Positions 60,598 to 64,000 of a stretch of 64,000 nt of DNA are shown one piece after another. This DNA comes from Paecilomyces variotii (lineage: Eukaryota). Every line of letters starts with the position of its first letter. Within the stretch, counting starts at the first letter, position 1. The notes below the pieces were generated by a model. It saw only the letters and a program-made list of their open reading frames with translations, made no database searches and had not been told where the DNA came from. A program made the position numbers and the translations under genes. The stretch lies in assembly GCA_004022145.1 (NCBI GenBank), contig RCNU01000001.1. One strand, 5' to 3'.

Positions 60598-61461
60598 TTT
60601 TGGGAATGGAGGGCCAAGGGTGAACTGAAATGCGACACAGTATAAATTTCACTGGAAAAAGGTCGGGCAGATGCGGTGTTACTTTAAAAGCATTCCTTGG
60701 GCGCTAGTTAACCACGCCTGTTATCTACTATTCGATAGGCAGTAGCGACTGAGGGGACCAATTCATGGCCCGTCCCTGTACTTGACCACGCGCAAAATTT
60801 CTAAAACAAGAAAAAAGAAGTGTATCTAACACTTGCCCTGCATAAAACACATATTACTTCAAGTCCTCATCTGAGGAGTTTCAAAGGTCACTTGCCTATG
60901 CTTCCAACTCTGTATCCGAAGAACACTGCTTCGATCTGAAAGCAAGGCTGTATGATATAGCCAGATGTCTTCTGCTTCTGCATTTTGGTTGCATCCCGGG
61001 GTAGCATGGCTATGTCGAGAGAGTCGCTATAGCCCAACAAGGCTTGTTCTAATTAACGCCAAATTGTTCACAATCCTTATCGATGAACTCGGACAAACCA
61101 CGGTTCAATTATCAGATGTCTTTGGATGTCAGAATATCAGGCTACTAGATGAACTTGACCTAGAGACGTTTCCTCGTTGTTCGCAAGGGGGACCCCTATA
61201 TCATCTTCTGAGTTACACTGGTAGAGTAGAGATGTCATGATATCTCAAAGCAGACTTTGATCGGACAGTGAAGGAGCTAGTAAGACGAGACAGAGGAAAT
61301 AATTGTCAACAGTTAGTCCTATATTTGAAATCGCATGAACGTCGATTTAATAAGATAGTCTCTATACGCCCTAATCCTAGTAACGAGGGCATTTTCCAAT
61401 CCTTCTAAAAACGAGAGTTGATTGTTACCGCAGATTCGCCGCTACAACCATATCGCATCCC

Positions 61462-62354
61462 TCAATTACTCGATGTAAGCTCGCCCGTAGGACTGCTGAG
61501 GAACCACGCAATAAGGAAATCCAGAAGCCCGGAATTCTTATGTCGACAGTCATAGAGCTTGCTCTTCTGTATGACCAACGTGGAGCTATCCATATAAGCC
61601 TGGAGTATTCGCACGTGCTGTACGCCCATCATCGAAAACAGCAATACCTATAAAGGTTTGAGGATCAGCATTGGATAAAGTCCCTGTCATAATAATAACT
61701 CACTGGATAGTTTGAGTAATGGGCAACAGATTTAGTTGCTAATCGTCCTCTGATTAATCTAATCAGAGCTAGAAGTTCCCCACGAAATAATGTTCCATCA
61801 TTACCCTCATGATCGGAAATCATAGTTGCTTTGACGTGGGGGTATTTCGAATTGTGGCAGTAAACTGATTCGACATACCACTGCGACACTTTATACTCCC
61901 AAAGTACTTTATATTTGGAGACACTGGTGACATTAACAGGGAGAATAAACATTCGTAAACAAGAGACCACGTACTCTAGACTATTCCATCCCAGCTCGTC
62001 GAGTCCACAGTCGATCACACAGCAGGATAGATAACGTTCAAGTGAGCGTGCCCTTTCCCATGATTTCTCCCCATACCTCTCCTCTCTTGTTGCATCGTAT
62101 TCAGGGAACTCCAGGAACTCCTCCGCAAGGTCTTGTTCATCAGGCGCAGATAAAACGTTAGAAGTAGTTGGTATGAAGAAACACAACTTAAGCTCTATAT
62201 CTTCGCTAGTTCGAGCAAAGGAGGCAGGGCGCACAATGACATTCATCTCTTGAAGATCATCGGCGCCGAACTGAAGATATTCAGCACTTGAAATACGATC
62301 GTCCAAGAGCCGAAGAGTACGACGAAATGCTTCGTTGCCATTAGAGCTCGCCAT
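61462..62354 (-). CDS. Hypothetical protein, 2 exons
   Basis: ORF 61665-62354 joins 61462-61647 through GT-AG intron 61648-61703 (PHVKATM...LFRGELLALIRLIRGRL...YP|VLLFSMMG...RILQAYMD). Confidence 0.7.
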
Positions 62355-62646
62355 CTTCCGTTTCGTGAAATACCAAAGTGAGCAAAATGCAAGAACGTTT
62401 TCATGTACGATTGGAGAAGTACTGCGTTGTATAAACGATAATCATATTACCGTGTCTCGTCTGTTTGTTGTCAGTTTCTGCGGACAGCGGAAAGCCCCGC
62501 GACTACTTAAGTACTTACTAGAAAGGCTGAGTCGGAACCCCCGCATCCACCTCTCTTAGCATATTGCTCACAGCTGATCATCTACATCTTTGGCATTCCG
62601 AACTAAATCCTTCTCAGACTACCATTACACGGAAGACATTGATAAA

Positions 62647-63818
62647 ATGGGCGACAAAGAGACAATTGTCGTGATTGGGTAAACTACGTACTGTCCAGTT
62701 CATCCTAGATCACCTCGAAACGCTAACTGGCGAATAGTGCGGGGGTCGTCGGTCTATCCACAGCTCTTCAAATTCAACAACATCTGACTGCATCTCAATC
62801 CATCTTGATAGTGGCACGGGAATTCCCCAATACCACTTCTATCAACTACACCTCTCCTTGGGCTGGTGCTCATTATCGTCCATCCCCTGGTACTTCCGCA
62901 CAAGCCATCCGTGAGGCAGACCAATGCCGGCGCACGTATGATAGATTCAAGCGCATAGCTGCAGAGGAGCCTGCTTCGAGTATTAAATTTCTCGAGGGTA
63001 TTGAACACCTGGAGGCTCCCCCTCCTGAGTATCTGGATGCTACCTCAAGAAAAGTTGCTTATGGACATCTGGAGAGATACCGTGAGCTGTCGAGAGATGA
63101 GTTGCCTGAAGGAGTCAAATGGGGAACGCGTTATTGGAGTTGGACTCTCAATTCACCGGTTTATTGCGCGCATCTGCTCCGAAAATTTATTTTGAAGGGT
63201 GGCCAGACGAAAGAATATACAGTCACGAATCTCCTGGAAGCGTTTGAACTGGCAAGCAATGTGAAGACCGTGGTCAATTGCTCTGGCACGGGATTCAACG
63301 ATCCGAAGTCCTTTATAATTCGAGGTGCGTCGAGCTCCTCGGTACGATCTCAGGTTGTTGTTCATTCTGACAGTATCTTAGGACAAACGTGTCTCGTCCG
63401 TAACCCTTGCTCTGTGACCTTGACCAGACAGCTAGCGGACGGCTCCTGGTCCTTTTGCATTCCTCGACCACTAGACGGGGGCACGGTCATCGGTGGTACT
63501 AAGCAGCCGCATAACTGGGATCCGATTCCGTCGCCGGAGACGAGAGCTCAGCTGCTGGAAAATGCATCGAAGTGGTTCCTATTTACCCCAGAAAGTGGAG
63601 GGAAGTTCGATGTCATCCGCGACATCGTGGGCCGCCGACCAGCCCGAGAAGGAGGAATGAGAATCGAAGTCGAGAAAGTAGGAAAAGACAGCAATAAGAC
63701 CATTGTCCATGCATACGGAGCAGGTGGACGTGGATTCGAGCTCTCGTGGGGTGTTGCTGAAGATGTTACGCTGTTAATGCTGGAGAACAGGCTATTGCAT
63801 GCAAGGGCATCGCTATAG
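62647..63818 (+). CDS. dao: D-amino-acid oxidase family flavoprotein, 3 exons
   Basis: MGDKETIVVIG|AGVVGL (intron 62679-62737), YTSPWAGAHYRP, VVNCSGTG, RG|QT (in-frame intron 63325-63381), GGTKQ, VGRRPAREGG, HAYGAGGRGFELSWG. Confidence 0.92.
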
Positions 63819-64000
63819 CATTCGTCTTTTTGATTGCTAGTTAGTAGATGGCAAGCGTTGTGTGTGCACTACAAATGATATAATTGACTGGAGGAGCTAT
63901 GCACAGAAACCCCCAATTCTCTTTGTCCTACTCGACGCGAAGCTAGTGGCAGATTATCAAATTACATTGGTTTCAGTACCCCGGACTGCGCTAAGTTATC

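Noticed and set aside
1-64000. Starship or other intact mobile element, CRISPR array, rRNA or tRNA
   Set aside because: No tyrosine recombinase, transposase, reverse transcriptase, LTR pair or repeat-spacer array was seen; GTTCGAAT-like words (for example near 6164) lack a cloverleaf context. A tRNAscan/Infernal run would be needed to exclude small RNAs.

Overview
Eukaryotic DNA from a filamentous ascomycete (Eurotiales-like by GT-AG introns with CTRAC branch points and gene content; the species cannot be determined from the window). Positions 1 to ~17.7 kb contain no recognisable gene. They carry microsatellites, a recurring TAGTTAACTA/(TAAC)n motif, a perfect 27-bp-arm hairpin and an AT/TpA-rich patch. 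The rest is gene-dense. In order: an NAD-dependent epimerase/aldehyde-reductase pseudogene with four in-frame stops, an LtrA-like membrane protein, Ntr2 head-to-head with SmG, TAF2 head-to-head with a CPT1/EPT1-type phosphotransferase, a DUF3659-repeat protein, an SDR, a frameshifted aquaporin-like pseudogene, a hypothetical protein, a large WD-repeat protein, an AlkB dioxygenase, a persulfide dioxygenase divergent from a sulfide:quinone oxidoreductase, two hypothetical proteins and a D-amino-acid oxidase. The most notable system is the divergent PDO-SQR sulfide-oxidation pair. Both products have mitochondrial-presequence-like N-termini, and the shared promoter holds a perfect 16-bp inverted repeat. 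Product calls rest on motif recognition only; no searches were run.
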